Of a stretch of 64,000 bases of DNA, positions 31,234-41,138 are shown piece by piece; position 1 is the stretch's first letter, and every line of letters begins with the position of its first letter. Source of the DNA: Polyangiales bacterium (GTDB lineage Bacteria; Myxococcota_A; Polyangia; Polyangiales; Ga0077539); assembly GCA_044229975.1 (NCBI GenBank), contig JBGARZ010000006.1, positions 96,001 through 160,000 on the forward strand, in the 5' to 3' direction. The notes under the pieces were generated by a model. The model made no database searches. It was not told the origin of the DNA and saw only the letters and a program-made list of their open reading frames with translations. The position numbers were made by a program, and so were the translations under genes.

Positions 31234-34200
31234 GTGAGCGACGGGCGCGGGAGCTGGCTGGCCTTCGAGCGCAACGTCGTCGTGCGCGCCGGCGCCGGAA
31301 CCGGCAAGACCGAAGCCCTCGCCACCGTCTACCTGCACCTCGTCGGCGGTCTCTCCTCCTCCGACGTCTGGGGCCGCGGCGGCGTCTCACCCGAGCGCAT
31401 CGTCGCGCTGACCTTCACCGAAAAAGCCGCCCGCGAGATGCGCGAACGCATCACCGAGGCCGTCACCCTCCTCGCCACCGAGCGCCTCCCGCGCGCCCTC
31501 GAGTCCCTCGACGAGACCGAGCGCCGCGTGGCCGCCCAGCGCTGGGGGATCGTTCGCGGGACGTCCCCCGCCGTCGTCGCGCGTGTGCTCGCCCTCGCCG
31601 ACGGAGCCGCGCGCAACGGCCTCCCGCTGCCACCGCCCGAGGTCTGGCAGCGCATCGCCTGGAGCCTCGGCGGCGCTCACATCGGGACCTTCCACGGCTT
31701 CGCGGCGGGTGTCTTGTTGCGCGCGGCGGCCGACCTCGGGCTCGACCCGGCCTTCGCCGTGCTGGAGCAGGAGGAGTCCGATCAGCTCCTGCGGAGCGCG
31801 GCGCTCGCGGCGCTGTCGACCTTCGCGCAGCGCGACGTGACGGCGGTGGTCGAGCTCATGGCCACGGCGGGCGGTCTCGGCGAGACGGCCGAGCGCGGCC
31901 TCGTGACGCTCATCGCCAACCTCGCGCAGCGCTTCGACGAGGAGGGCGTCTCGCCCGCGGCGTCGGGCGTGGCCAGCGCGACGGAGCCCACCGACGCGCG
32001 CCCCGTCATCGTCGCCGACGCACTCAACGACCTCGCCGTCGCGTGCTCCGCGACGCCCGCGCTGCACCAGGACGGAACCGACGAGCGCGTCTTCGCCCTC
32101 GCCCGCACGGTCGCCGCGCTCGAACCGATGACCTCCCCGCAGGCCGCCCTCGCCCGCCTGCGCCTGCTGCGCGGACTCGGAACGCTCCCGCCGCGATCGC
32201 GCACCCGCCGCATCGAGCCCGTCGCCGAACACGCGCGCGAGCAGTGGGCTTCCCTGGCGCAGGACGCGACGTCCATGGTGTCGCTGCACCTCGGCGAGGT
32301 GATGCGCGCGGTGGTCACCAGCGCCCACGCCAACTACGCGCGGGCGAAGGCGAAGCGCGCGGCGCTGGACTACGGCGACCTCATGCGAAGGCTGCGCGAC
32401 GCCCTGCGCGATCAGCCCTCGCTGCGACGCGAGTGGAAGCAGCGCTACGACGCGGTGCTGGTGGATGAGTTTCAGGACACCAACCGGGTGCAGCGCGACC
32501 TGCTGTACCTGTTGCGCGAGCGGCGCGACGTGGAGCACCCGCTCGCCCCCGGACAATCGCTCACGGCCGCAGAGCTCGAACCCACGGGTCTGTTGCTGGT
32601 GGGCGACGCGAAGCAGTCCATCTACGCGTTTCGCGGCGCGGAGGTGGCGGTCTTTCTGGAGACCGAGCGCGAGGTGCTGGCGGCGGGCGGCGAGCGCCTC
32701 GACCTCACCGAGAGTCATCGTGCGCTGGGCTCGATGCTGGAGGCGATCAACCCGGTGACGTCGGCTCTCCTCGGCGCCGAGGGCAGTCGTCTCGAAGGGC
32801 TCTACGACCCGGCGCGCGACGCGCTGCGCGCAGTGGGAACCGCCGCGCCGTCGACCGAGCCGCGGGTCGAGCTGCTGCTGGTCGACGACGGCCGCGCGGA
32901 GGAGCAACGAACGTCCGAAGCCGAGGCGATCGCGCGGCGCATCGCGGCGCTGTCACGCACGGCCGATCACCCGCCGGGGTGGCGCGCGCCGCGGATGGAT
33001 GACGTGGCGATCCTGGTACCCACGTGGTCGCATCTGGAGCCCATCAAGCGGGCGCTGCAAGCGCGTGGGATTCCGTATGCGCTGCGCGGTGGACCCGGGT
33101 TCTGGGACCGCCGTGAGGTCGACGACCTGCTCACGCTGCTGCGCTTCGTGGCCGACCCGAGCGATCGCCTCGCGCTCGCGTCGCTCTTGCGCGGTCCGCT
33201 GGTGGGCTTGTCCGACGCGGGTCTCGCCAACCTGTTTTCGCGGGCGTCGGGCCTGGAGGAGATTCTCGATCCGTCGCCGTCGCTGCGCGCGGCGCTCGCG
33301 CCCGAAGACCTCACCCGCCTCGACGAAGCGCGAACGTCGTTGCGGCGGATGGTTCGCTTCGGACCGACGCTCGGTCCCGCGGGGCTGTTGCGACAGGCGC
33401 TGGCGGAGCGGCACTTCGCGGCGGTGATGGCGCAGCTGTCGTTTGGCGCGCAGCGGGTGGCCAACGTCGACAAGCTGCTCGGGCTCGCGTCGTCGGCGGA
33501 GCAGCGCGGCGGCGAGGCGTCCGACCTGCCGGGCTTCGTTCGGTGGGTCGACCGGATGCGCGCGGCGTCGCAGCGCGAGAGCGAGGCCGACGTCGAGGAG
33601 GTGTCGGGCTCGGTGCAGGTGCTGTCCATCCACGCGGCGAAGGGGTTGGAGTGGCCGGTGGTGTTCGTGGCGCAGACGTCGCGCCGGCCGCCGCCGCGTA
33701 CCGAGCGGGTGCTGCTGGATGGCGATCGTCGCTTCGTGGTGATGCCCGGCGGCGAGGAGACGTCGGAGCGCTTCAAGGCGCTGCGCAAGGAGGCGCACGC
33801 GACCGAAGAGGACGACGCGCGGCGCATGCTCTACGTGGCGCTCACGCGGGCGAGAGACCTGCTGGTGGTGAGCGGACCCGCGGCGGAGGGCGACGGCGAC
33901 TGGGCGCGGCTGCGGTCGGCGCTGCGGGCCGAGGCGCCGTTTCGGGTGCGCGTGTGGGAGCCCGGCGAAGACGGCAAGGCCGTGGCGGTGCGGGCGCGCA
34001 AGGAGCCCGACGACGACACGGAGGCGAGCGCAGACGACGTGACGGCGAGGTCGGAGCGGGCGCCGCGGAGGCTCGCGCTCCTGGGCGAAGCGGTGCAGGA
34101 CCTCGCGTGGTGCGGGCGGCGGTTTCACGCGCGGCACGAGCTGGGGCTGCGGGAGCACGGCGCGTCGCACGGCGTGTCGGAAGAGGCGGGCGCGCTGGCG

Positions 34201-34857
34201 AGGCGGGTGCTGGTGGAGGTCGCGTGGTCGCGGGTGGTGAGCGACCCGGAGGAGGCGCTGCGGGCGGTGGGCGCGGCGTCGGGCGTTCACGCATCGGGCG
34301 TCGGCGCGGCGGGCGCGCTGGCGATGCTGCGACGCTTCGCGAAGACGGCGGTGGCGCGCGCGGTGGCGGCGGAGGGCGGCGCGGGATTGCTGTTGGGGCG
34401 GGCGATGCCGTGGGGCCTACGGATGACCGACGGCGCGACGGAGCTGAGCGTGACGGGCGAGCTCGACCTCGTACTGAGCGGCGAGGCGGTGGGCCGCGAC
34501 GACGTGCTGGTGGTGCGGGTGGCGACGGGCGTCGACCTCGACGAGAGTGATCTACCGGGCGGCGTGGGCCCGCTGGACGCGGCGCTGGAGCTGGCGCTGG
34601 GCGGCCACGCGCTGGGTCAACGACTGCGCGAGGGTGGCGGCGGGACGGCGGTGCGCGGCGCGGTGCTGGTGCTGAGCGAGGAGGCCGACGCCGAGCTGGT
34701 GGTGCTACCGAAGTGGGACGACGGGGTGATCGAGGCGCGCGCGCTGGAGCTGGCGCGTGGGATGGCGATGGCGCGAGAGAGCGGGCGCTGGGAGGGGAGA
34801 GCGCAGCACGTGTGTCGGGCGCTGCGCTGCGGGTTCATCGGGCGGTGTCATGGGTGA
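31234..34857 (+). CDS. UvrD/AddA-like SF1A helicase with degenerate C-terminal RecB-type nuclease domain
   Basis: AGAGTGKT, LTFTEKAAREM, VDEFQDTN, VGDAKQSIYAFRGA, IHAAKGLEW, LYVALTRARD. In the C-terminal domain DYK is replaced by RVA, while four Cys are retained. Confidence 0.9.
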   Translation: MSDGRGSWLAFERNVVVRAGAGTGKTEALATVYLHLVGGLSSSDVWGRGGVSPERIVALTFTEKAAREMRERITEAVTLLATERLPRALESLDETERRVAAQRWGIVRGTSPAVVARVLALADGAARNGLPLPPPEVWQRIAWSLGGAHIGTFHGFAAGVLLRAAADLGLDPAFAVLEQEESDQLLRSAALAALSTFAQRDVTAVVELMATAGGLGETAERGLVTLIANLAQRFDEEGVSPAASGVASATEPTDARPVIVADALNDLAVACSATPALHQDGTDERVFALARTVAALEPMTSPQAALARLRLLRGLGTLPPRSRTRRIEPVAEHAREQWASLAQDATSMVSLHLGEVMRAVVTSAHANYARAKAKRAALDYGDLMRRLRDALRDQPSLRREWKQRYDAVLVDEFQDTNRVQRDLLYLLRERRDVEHPLAPGQSLTAAELEPTGLLLVGDAKQSIYAFRGAEVAVFLETEREVLAAGGERLDLTESHRALGSMLEAINPVTSALLGAEGSRLEGLYDPARDALRAVGTAAPSTEPRVELLLVDDGRAEEQRTSEAEAIARRIAALSRTADHPPGWRAPRMDDVAILVPTWSHLEPIKRALQARGIPYALRGGPGFWDRREVDDLLTLLRFVADPSDRLALASLLRGPLVGLSDAGLANLFSRASGLEEILDPSPSLRAALAPEDLTRLDEARTSLRRMVRFGPTLGPAGLLRQALAERHFAAVMAQLSFGAQRVANVDKLLGLASSAEQRGGEASDLPGFVRWVDRMRAASQRESEADVEEVSGSVQVLSIHAAKGLEWPVVFVAQTSRRPPPRTERVLLDGDRRFVVMPGGEETSERFKALRKEAHATEEDDARRMLYVALTRARDLLVVSGPAAEGDGDWARLRSALRAEAPFRVRVWEPGEDGKAVAVRARKEPDDDTEASADDVTARSERAPRRLALLGEAVQDLAWCGRRFHARHELGLREHGASHGVSEEAGALARRVLVEVAWSRVVSDPEEALRAVGAASGVHASGVGAAGALAMLRRFAKTAVARAVAAEGGAGLLLGRAMPWGLRMTDGATELSVTGELDLVLSGEAVGRDDVLVVRVATGVDLDESDLPGGVGPLDAALELALGGHALGQRLREGGGGTAVRGAVLVLSEEADAELVVLPKWDDGVIEARALELARGMAMARESGRWEGRAQHVCRALRCGFIGRCHG

Positions 34858-34899
34858 GGGGCGAGAGATCACTCTCAGCGCGGTAGCCGGACGCGATGA

Positions 34900-35922
34900 C
34901 TACTTCACGTACTTCGCGATGAGCGCATTCGCCGCCGCGGGGTCGGCCTTGCACTCCAGCAGCGCGCTGAGCAGCAGCGGCGCGATGACCGTCGCGTCGG
35001 ACTCGATGACGAACATCGGGGTGTCTTCGGTGAGCTTGTCCCAGGTGATCTTCTCGTTGGGGGTCGCGCCCGAGTAGGAGCCGTACGACGTGGTCGAGTC
35101 GGAGATCTGGCAGAAGTACGCCCAGGGCTTCACCGGCTGCTCCAGGTCGTACTTGATGGACGGAACCACGCAGATGGGGAAGTCCCCCGCGATGCCGCCG
35201 CCGATCTGGAAGAACCCCACCCCAGCGCCCTCCGCGAGCACCTGATACTGCTCGTAGAGCGCGCCCATGTACTCGATGCCCGACTTCGCGATGGAGGCGC
35301 TGCAATCGCCGAACTTCACGTGCGACGCGAAGATGTTGCCGAAGGTCGAGTCCTCGTAGCCCGGGACGACGATGGGGAGGTTGGCCTTCGCCGCGGCGAG
35401 CAGCCAGCACTCGTCGGCGTTGCCCTGCTGAAGCTCCGGGCCGACGGCCTGGATCACCTCGTAGAAGTACTCGTGCCAGAAGCGGCGCGTGCCGGTGGCA
35501 TCGGCGTTCTTCCACATCGGGACGATGATCTTCTCGACCGCGCGAAAGGCCTCGTCCTCGGGGATGCTGGTGTCCGTCACGCGGCGCATCCGGTCTTCGA
35601 GGATCTTCGTGTCGTCCTGCTTGGTGAAGTACCGGTAGTCGGGGAAGTCCTTGTAGTGGTCGTGCGCCACGAGGCGGAAGAGCGACTCCTCCAGGTTGGC
35701 CCCGGTGACCGACAGCCCGTGGATGAGCCCCGCGCGGATGGCCGGCGCCAGCGTGATGCCGAGCTGCGCCGACGACATCGCCCCCGCCACCGCCCAGAAC
35801 ATCTTCCCGCCCGCCTCGATGTGCCGCCAGTACGCGATGAGCGCGTCGCGCGTCGCGCGGGCGTTGAAGTTCTTGTAGTTGCGGAGGACGAACTCGAGGA
35901 TCGGGGTCGCGGAGGTGGTCAT
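34900..35922 (-). CDS. Deoxyhypusine synthase-like protein (probable polyamine/homospermidine metabolism)
   Basis: AGAMSSA, TGANLEE, IGGGIAGD, YGSYSGATPNEKITWDKL with the Lys retained, ESDAT. Confidence 0.92.
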   Translation of the reverse strand: MTTSATPILEFVLRNYKNFNARATRDALIAYWRHIEAGGKMFWAVAGAMSSAQLGITLAPAIRAGLIHGLSVTGANLEESLFRLVAHDHYKDFPDYRYFTKQDDTKILEDRMRRVTDTSIPEDEAFRAVEKIIVPMWKNADATGTRRFWHEYFYEVIQAVGPELQQGNADECWLLAAAKANLPIVVPGYEDSTFGNIFASHVKFGDCSASIAKSGIEYMGALYEQYQVLAEGAGVGFFQIGGGIAGDFPICVVPSIKYDLEQPVKPWAYFCQISDSTTSYGSYSGATPNEKITWDKLTEDTPMFVIESDATVIAPLLLSALLECKADPAAANALIAKYVK

Positions 35923-36004
35923 TCCTGGTCCTGTGGGGTTTAGGTCGTTGGGCCGTTGCAGGCGCGCACGCTATCACGACCCCCACGCGGTATTCTCCGG
36001 CGCG

Positions 36005-37525
36005 ATGACCCCGCGCGCCGCCACGCTCCTCGTCGCTCTCGCCGGGGGATGCGCCGTCGAAGAAGCACCCGTCGCCCTCGACGCGGGCGCCATCGAAGAC
36101 ACCGTCGACCCGGTCGACACGCCCTCCGTCGTCGACGTCAGCACCGCCACCGATGTCGTCACTGCGCGCGACGTCCCACGCGCTTCCATGGACGTCCCGA
36201 TGCGCGTCGACGTCGTCGCTGCGCGCGACGTTGCACCCGCGCGCGATGTCCCCGTCGTTGTCGATCGCCCGACTGCCCCGATGGTGGTCACCGCGCGCAA
36301 CCCCGTGCTCACCGGCGACCACCCCGACCCGGCCGTGCTGCGCGTCGAGTCCGGCGGGCGCGTGTCCTACTACCTCGTCGCGACCGTCGATCAGGGCGAC
36401 TTCCCCATCTACCGATCCGACGACCTCGTGCACTGGACGCGCCTCTCCGAAGGCGCCTTCCGTCGACCATTCGCTGCCGGTGGTTCGTACGAGATCAACG
36501 GGCACCACTACTGTCACCTGTGGGCGCCGCAGCTCGTCGCGGTGCGACCTGGAGCGTTCATGCTGGCGTTCACGGCGAGCCGCTACGACCGCGCGCAGCG
36601 ACCGTGCCCCGCGTACGGCGAAGACGGCGGCATCTACCTCGCGTCGTCGGCCAACGTCGAAGGCCCCTACGCCGTCGCCGACCACCCGTGGGAGCCGTTG
36701 CCCGCGGGCGGTCAGATCAGCTCGTGCGCCATCCGCGACTCCCTGCCCCGCAGCCTCGACCGCGTCTCCGGTGACTGCCAGGGGACCTTCTGCCACCACA
36801 TCATCCGCCTCGACGGCGACGTGTTTCGCGACCCCACCACCGGGCGCTGGTGGCTGTCGTACGCGTGGTTCACCAACACCCCGGCGCGCGTCGAGTGGGA
36901 GTACGCCAACCACGGCGAGCACTCCTCGCTCGTCGAGCTCGACGGCGCCGACCCGTGGGCGGTGCGGTGCACCACGTCGGTTCCGCAGGTGATCGTGGCC
37001 AACCCCCATGACGATGCGACGACCAACCGGCTGCGGTCGTCGTGTACGCGCTGCGGCGAGATGCTGTCGTTCACGCGCGGTCGGCAGGGCGAGAACATGG
37101 TGCGCGACGGTCACTCGTGGGGCGTGGCCGAAGGACCGGCGCTCTTCCGTCGCGGCGCGCTGGTGTACGCGCTGTACTCCGGCAGCGCGTGGGACTCGGC
37201 CTACTACCACGTGGCCTGGAGCGCGGCGCCGACGGTGGAGGAGCTCAGCTACGACAACCCGCGACGGCTGGTGGGACGGCTGCTCATTCCGAGCAACGGG
37301 ATGTCCTTTGGACATGGCAGCCCGGTGCTGGGGCCCGACGGGGAGAGCTGGTTCTACGTGTATCACCGGCTGCGCGCGGAGGCGTGCCGGGCGTCGGGCG
37401 ACTGCGCGCGCGACGTGTGGGTGAGCCCGCTGACCTTCGACGATCGGGGTGACGGGCGCGGCGCAGTGTATCTGCGGACGCGCTTCCCGGCGGAGGATGC
37501 GACGGTGACGGTTCCGTTGAGGTGA
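36005..37525 (+). CDS. GH43-family glycoside hydrolase lipoprotein
   Basis: Lipobox AGGC, acidic linker, NPVL...PDP, LWAP, LDG, AEGP, GHGS five-blade propeller motifs. Confidence 0.85.
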   Translation: MTPRAATLLVALAGGCAVEEAPVALDAGAIEDTVDPVDTPSVVDVSTATDVVTARDVPRASMDVPMRVDVVAARDVAPARDVPVVVDRPTAPMVVTARNPVLTGDHPDPAVLRVESGGRVSYYLVATVDQGDFPIYRSDDLVHWTRLSEGAFRRPFAAGGSYEINGHHYCHLWAPQLVAVRPGAFMLAFTASRYDRAQRPCPAYGEDGGIYLASSANVEGPYAVADHPWEPLPAGGQISSCAIRDSLPRSLDRVSGDCQGTFCHHIIRLDGDVFRDPTTGRWWLSYAWFTNTPARVEWEYANHGEHSSLVELDGADPWAVRCTTSVPQVIVANPHDDATTNRLRSSCTRCGEMLSFTRGRQGENMVRDGHSWGVAEGPALFRRGALVYALYSGSAWDSAYYHVAWSAAPTVEELSYDNPRRLVGRLLIPSNGMSFGHGSPVLGPDGESWFYVYHRLRAEACRASGDCARDVWVSPLTFDDRGDGRGAVYLRTRFPAEDATVTVPLR

Positions 37526-37596
37526 GCGCGCGGAACCTCTCGCCGCACCCGTTGTCGTGACCTCGTCCGGCGCTTCGCCGGACGGGAGACGCGACC

Positions 37597-38247
37597 ATGA
37601 ACCGGCTGTTGGATGCGTTGAAGGAAGGCGGCTGGGGCATGTACCCGCTGGGCGCGACGCTGTTCGTGGCGCTGAGCGTCGTCGTCGAGCGCGCTCTCTG
37701 GTTTCGCCGCAGCGCCTTCGACGCAGAAGAGTTGCTCGACCTCATCGAGGAGCGCGTGAGCTCGCGCGACCTCGGCGCGGCGGTCACCCAGTGCACGCTC
37801 ATCGCGGCCCCGGTGGCGCGCGTCATCCTCGCGGGGCTGATGCAGTTCGACCGCGGCGCATCGATGGTGACGGCAGCCCTGGAGCAGGCGGTGGCGCGCG
37901 AGGCGCCGCGGGCCGAACGGAGGGTGGCGTGGCTCGCGACGCTCGCCCAGGTGGCGGGATTGCTGGGGCTCTTCGGTACCTTCACGACGTTGCTGTCAGC
38001 GAACAGCAACTGCTTTCCCACAGGCCCCGCGCGGAGCCGGGCCGAGGAGTTGGCTGGCGACATCGGTGAGGCGCTGCGATGCATCCAGCTCGGGTTGCTG
38101 GTCGCGGCGGTCGCGGTGGTGGGCTACGCGCTGCTGCGACATGCGGCCCGTGGGCGCGAGCGGGAGTTGCGGGCGGCCGCAGCGCGCATCGTGGCGCTGG
38201 CGGACACCCATCAAGCGTTGCAGGAGCCGGGCGTTCCGTATCGGTGA
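37597..38247 (+). CDS. MotA/TolQ/ExbB family protein
   Basis: GGWGMYPL..VVVER, LATLAQVAGLLGLFGT, LAGDIGEAL...GLLVA. Confidence 0.85.
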   Translation: MNRLLDALKEGGWGMYPLGATLFVALSVVVERALWFRRSAFDAEELLDLIEERVSSRDLGAAVTQCTLIAAPVARVILAGLMQFDRGASMVTAALEQAVAREAPRAERRVAWLATLAQVAGLLGLFGTFTTLLSANSNCFPTGPARSRAEELAGDIGEALRCIQLGLLVAAVAVVGYALLRHAARGRERELRAAAARIVALADTHQALQEPGVPYR

Positions 38248-38400
38248 GCGCGGTTCCCCGGGGACTGCGGACGTCGCGGGTGCGCGCCGCGCTGACGCCG
38301 CGGCGTGGGCCCGATGTCAGAGGCAGTGCCCCCCTTGCGCGCGGCGGGTTCGTGCCCGATTCCGTGAGGTGGACGTTCGACTGCCACGGAGGACCGCGCG

Positions 38401-38811
38401 ATGCCGACGAAGCGATACAAAGGGAGCTGCCACTGCGGGACGGTGAAGTACGAGGTCGACGTTGACCTCCTGACCGGCACCGGCCGCTGCAACTGCACCT
38501 ACTGCGCGAAGGTTCGCAACTGGTCCATCGGCGTGAAACCCGAAGCATTCACGTTGCTGTCGGGGGAGGGCGAGCTCGGCGACTACAACTTCCGCACGGA
38601 CAGCACCAACCACCATCACTTCTGCAAGACGTGCGGCGTGCGAACCCACTCGCGCGGCTACGTGAAGGAGATCGGCGGCGACTACGTGAGCGTCATGCTC
38701 ACGACCCTCGACGGCATCGAGCCGCGCGAGCTCATCGAGGCCCCGCTCCGCTACATGGACGGGCTGCACGACAACTGGTTCTCGACGCCGGTGGAGACGC
38801 GACACCTTTGA
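38401..38811 (+). CDS. GFA/CENP-V family Zn-binding protein
   Basis: GSCHCG, CNCTYC, FCKTCG. Confidence 0.95.
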   Translation: MPTKRYKGSCHCGTVKYEVDVDLLTGTGRCNCTYCAKVRNWSIGVKPEAFTLLSGEGELGDYNFRTDSTNHHHFCKTCGVRTHSRGYVKEIGGDYVSVMLTTLDGIEPRELIEAPLRYMDGLHDNWFSTPVETRHL

Positions 38812-38860
38812 GCGAGAGCCAGTGACGTTCGTGGCGCGCTGACCCTATGATCGGCGCGCC

Positions 38861-39820
38861 ATGGAATACCGACGCATGGGCCGCTCTGGCCTCCAGCTCT
38901 CCGTTCTCTCCTTCGGCTCGTGGGTGACCTTCTCCACGCAGCTCGACGAAGACCTCGCCACCGACTGCATGAAGGCCGCCCGCGAAGCCGGCGTGAACTT
39001 CTTCGACAACGCCGAGGTGTACGCCCGCGGCAAGTCCGAAGAGGTCATGGGCCAGTCGCTCCGCAAGCTCGGCTGGCGCCGCGGCTCGTACGTCGTCTCG
39101 ACCAAGCTCTACTGGGGCCTCAACAAGGGCCCCAACGAGCAGAACACCCTCAACCGCAAGTACCTCCTCGAAGCCATGGACGGCTCGTTGGAGCGCTTCG
39201 GACTGCCCCACGTCGACATCACGTTCTGCCACCGGCCCGACTCCGAGACGCCCATCGACGAGACCGTGCTCGCGATGCACGACCTCGTCGCGCGGGGAAA
39301 GACCCACTACTGGGGCACCAGCGAGTGGAGCGCCGAGCAGTTTCGCGAGGCGTGGGACTTCGCCGACCGCTGGCGCCTGCACCGCCCGGTAGTCGAGCAG
39401 CCGCAGTACCACCTGCTCCACCGCGAGCGCGTCGAGGTCGAATACGCGCCCTTGTATAAAGACCTCGGCATGGGCACCACGACGTGGTCGCCGCTCGCCT
39501 CGGGTCTGCTCACGGGGAAGTATCTCGATGGGGTTCCGGAGGGGTCGCGCGCCGCGCTCAAGGGCTATGAGTGGCTGCGCAAGGAGCTGGTCAACCCCGA
39601 CCACGCGCCCAAGGTGCGGCGCCTCATGGCGGTGGCCGAGTCGCTCGGCTGCACCGTCGCGCAGCTCGCCATCGCGTGGTGCGCGAAGAACCCCCGCGTG
39701 AGCACCGTCATCACCGGTGCCAGCCGCCCCTCGCAGGTCACCGAAAACCTCAAGGCCATGGACGTCATCCCGAAGCTCACCCCAGAGGTGATGACCCGCA
39801 TCGACGCCGCGCTCGCGTAG
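38861..39820 (+). CDS. Aldo/keto reductase (Kv-beta-like)
   Basis: [36 protein letters not shown]. Confidence 0.95.
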   Translation: MEYRRMGRSGLQLSVLSFGSWVTFSTQLDEDLATDCMKAAREAGVNFFDNAEVYARGKSEEVMGQSLRKLGWRRGSYVVSTKLYWGLNKGPNEQNTLNRKYLLEAMDGSLERFGLPHVDITFCHRPDSETPIDETVLAMHDLVARGKTHYWGTSEWSAEQFREAWDFADRWRLHRPVVEQPQYHLLHRERVEVEYAPLYKDLGMGTTTWSPLASGLLTGKYLDGVPEGSRAALKGYEWLRKELVNPDHAPKVRRLMAVAESLGCTVAQLAIAWCAKNPRVSTVITGASRPSQVTENLKAMDVIPKLTPEVMTRIDAALA

Positions 39821-39870
39821 CGAACGACAACCCTCGCGCGCGTCCCCGGCCCTGCGGTACACCGATCGAT

Positions 39871-41118
39871 GTGCCACACGTCGTCTTCATCGCGCCGCGC
39901 TTCCTGGAGAACACCAACCGCTACGTGAGGGCCTTCGCCGCGCTCGACGGCGTCACCCTCAGCGTCATCAGCGCCGACCCCGAGGAGTCCATCCCCGCGG
40001 CGCTGCGCCCCCGCATCGCGGCCCACTACGGCGTCGCCGATGCCCTCGACGGCGCGCAGATCACCGTCGCCACGCGCGCCCTCGCCTCGCACGTCGGGCG
40101 CGTCGACCGGCTCACCGGCGCCCTCGAACAGCTCCAGCTCCCGATGGCCCAGGCGCGCGACGCCCTCGGCATCGAAGGCATCAACGGCGAGGTCGCCCGC
40201 AACTTCCGCGACAAAGACCGCATGAAGGCCGTGCTCCGCGACCACGGTGTTCCGGTCGCGCGCAGCGCTCTCGTGCGCTCGCCCCACGAGCTCGCCCTCT
40301 TCATCGGACACGTCGGTTATCCCGTCATCATCAAGCCGCAGGCGGGCCTCGGGTCGCGCGCCACCTTCCGCGTCGAGACCAACGAAGACCTCGCCGCGCT
40401 GCGCACGAAGGGAGTGATTCCGTCGGAGTCGCAGCCGTTGCAGATCGAGGAGTTCGTCCTCGCGCGAGAGCACACCTGCGAGACGGTGACGGTGAAGGGT
40501 GTTCCGGTGTGGCGCTCGGGCACGCGCTACTTCCCGACGCCGCTCGAAGTGCTGGAGACGCCGTGGGTGCAGTACTGCGTGCTGCTCCCGCGCGAGGCCG
40601 ACGCGGAGCCCTGGGCGAGCTTCCATCCCATCAACACCGCGGCGCTGACTGCCCTCTTCGGCGAGCACGCGGGCACCGCGGCGGGAACGGCGCTCACGCA
40701 CATGGAGTGGTTTCTCCGCGCGGACGGGAGCGCGCTGGTCAACGAGGTCGGGGCGCGTCCGCCGGGCGTGCAGATCATGCCGCTGATGGGGCTCACCCAC
40801 GAGACGGACATGGTCGCAGACTGGGCCGAGCTCATCGCCTTCGATCGCTTCACCCCGAAGGCGCGGAAGTGGGCGGCGGGCGCGGCGTTCTTCCGCGGGC
40901 AGGGACGGGGTGCGCGGGTGGTGTCGGTCACGGGCGTGGAGGAGGCGGTCGAGGCCGCGGGCGACGCGCTGGTGGAGATGCGAACGCCGAAGGTGGGAAT
41001 GCCCCGCGCCGAGGGCTACGAGGGTGAAGGGTGGGCGATCGTGAAGCACGCGACCACCGACGGGGCGAAGCACGCGCTGCGTGCGCTCATCGAGCGCATC
41101 CAGGTGCGATACGGATGA
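39871..41118 (+). CDS. ATP-grasp domain protein
   Basis: FRDKDRMK, GYPVIIKPQAGLGS, IEEFV, THMEWF, NEVGARPPG; GTG start inferred. Confidence 0.88.
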   Translation: MPHVVFIAPRFLENTNRYVRAFAALDGVTLSVISADPEESIPAALRPRIAAHYGVADALDGAQITVATRALASHVGRVDRLTGALEQLQLPMAQARDALGIEGINGEVARNFRDKDRMKAVLRDHGVPVARSALVRSPHELALFIGHVGYPVIIKPQAGLGSRATFRVETNEDLAALRTKGVIPSESQPLQIEEFVLAREHTCETVTVKGVPVWRSGTRYFPTPLEVLETPWVQYCVLLPREADAEPWASFHPINTAALTALFGEHAGTAAGTALTHMEWFLRADGSALVNEVGARPPGVQIMPLMGLTHETDMVADWAELIAFDRFTPKARKWAAGAAFFRGQGRGARVVSVTGVEEAVEAAGDALVEMRTPKVGMPRAEGYEGEGWAIVKHATTDGAKHALRALIERIQVRYG

Positions 41119-41138
41119 AAGGCAGACGAGGAGAACCC

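Noticed and set aside
31234..34857. Helicase as an anti-phage defence gene or Cas4 fusion
   Set aside because: Host-like composition, housekeeping neighbours and no defence partners; best explained as AddA/AdnB-like.
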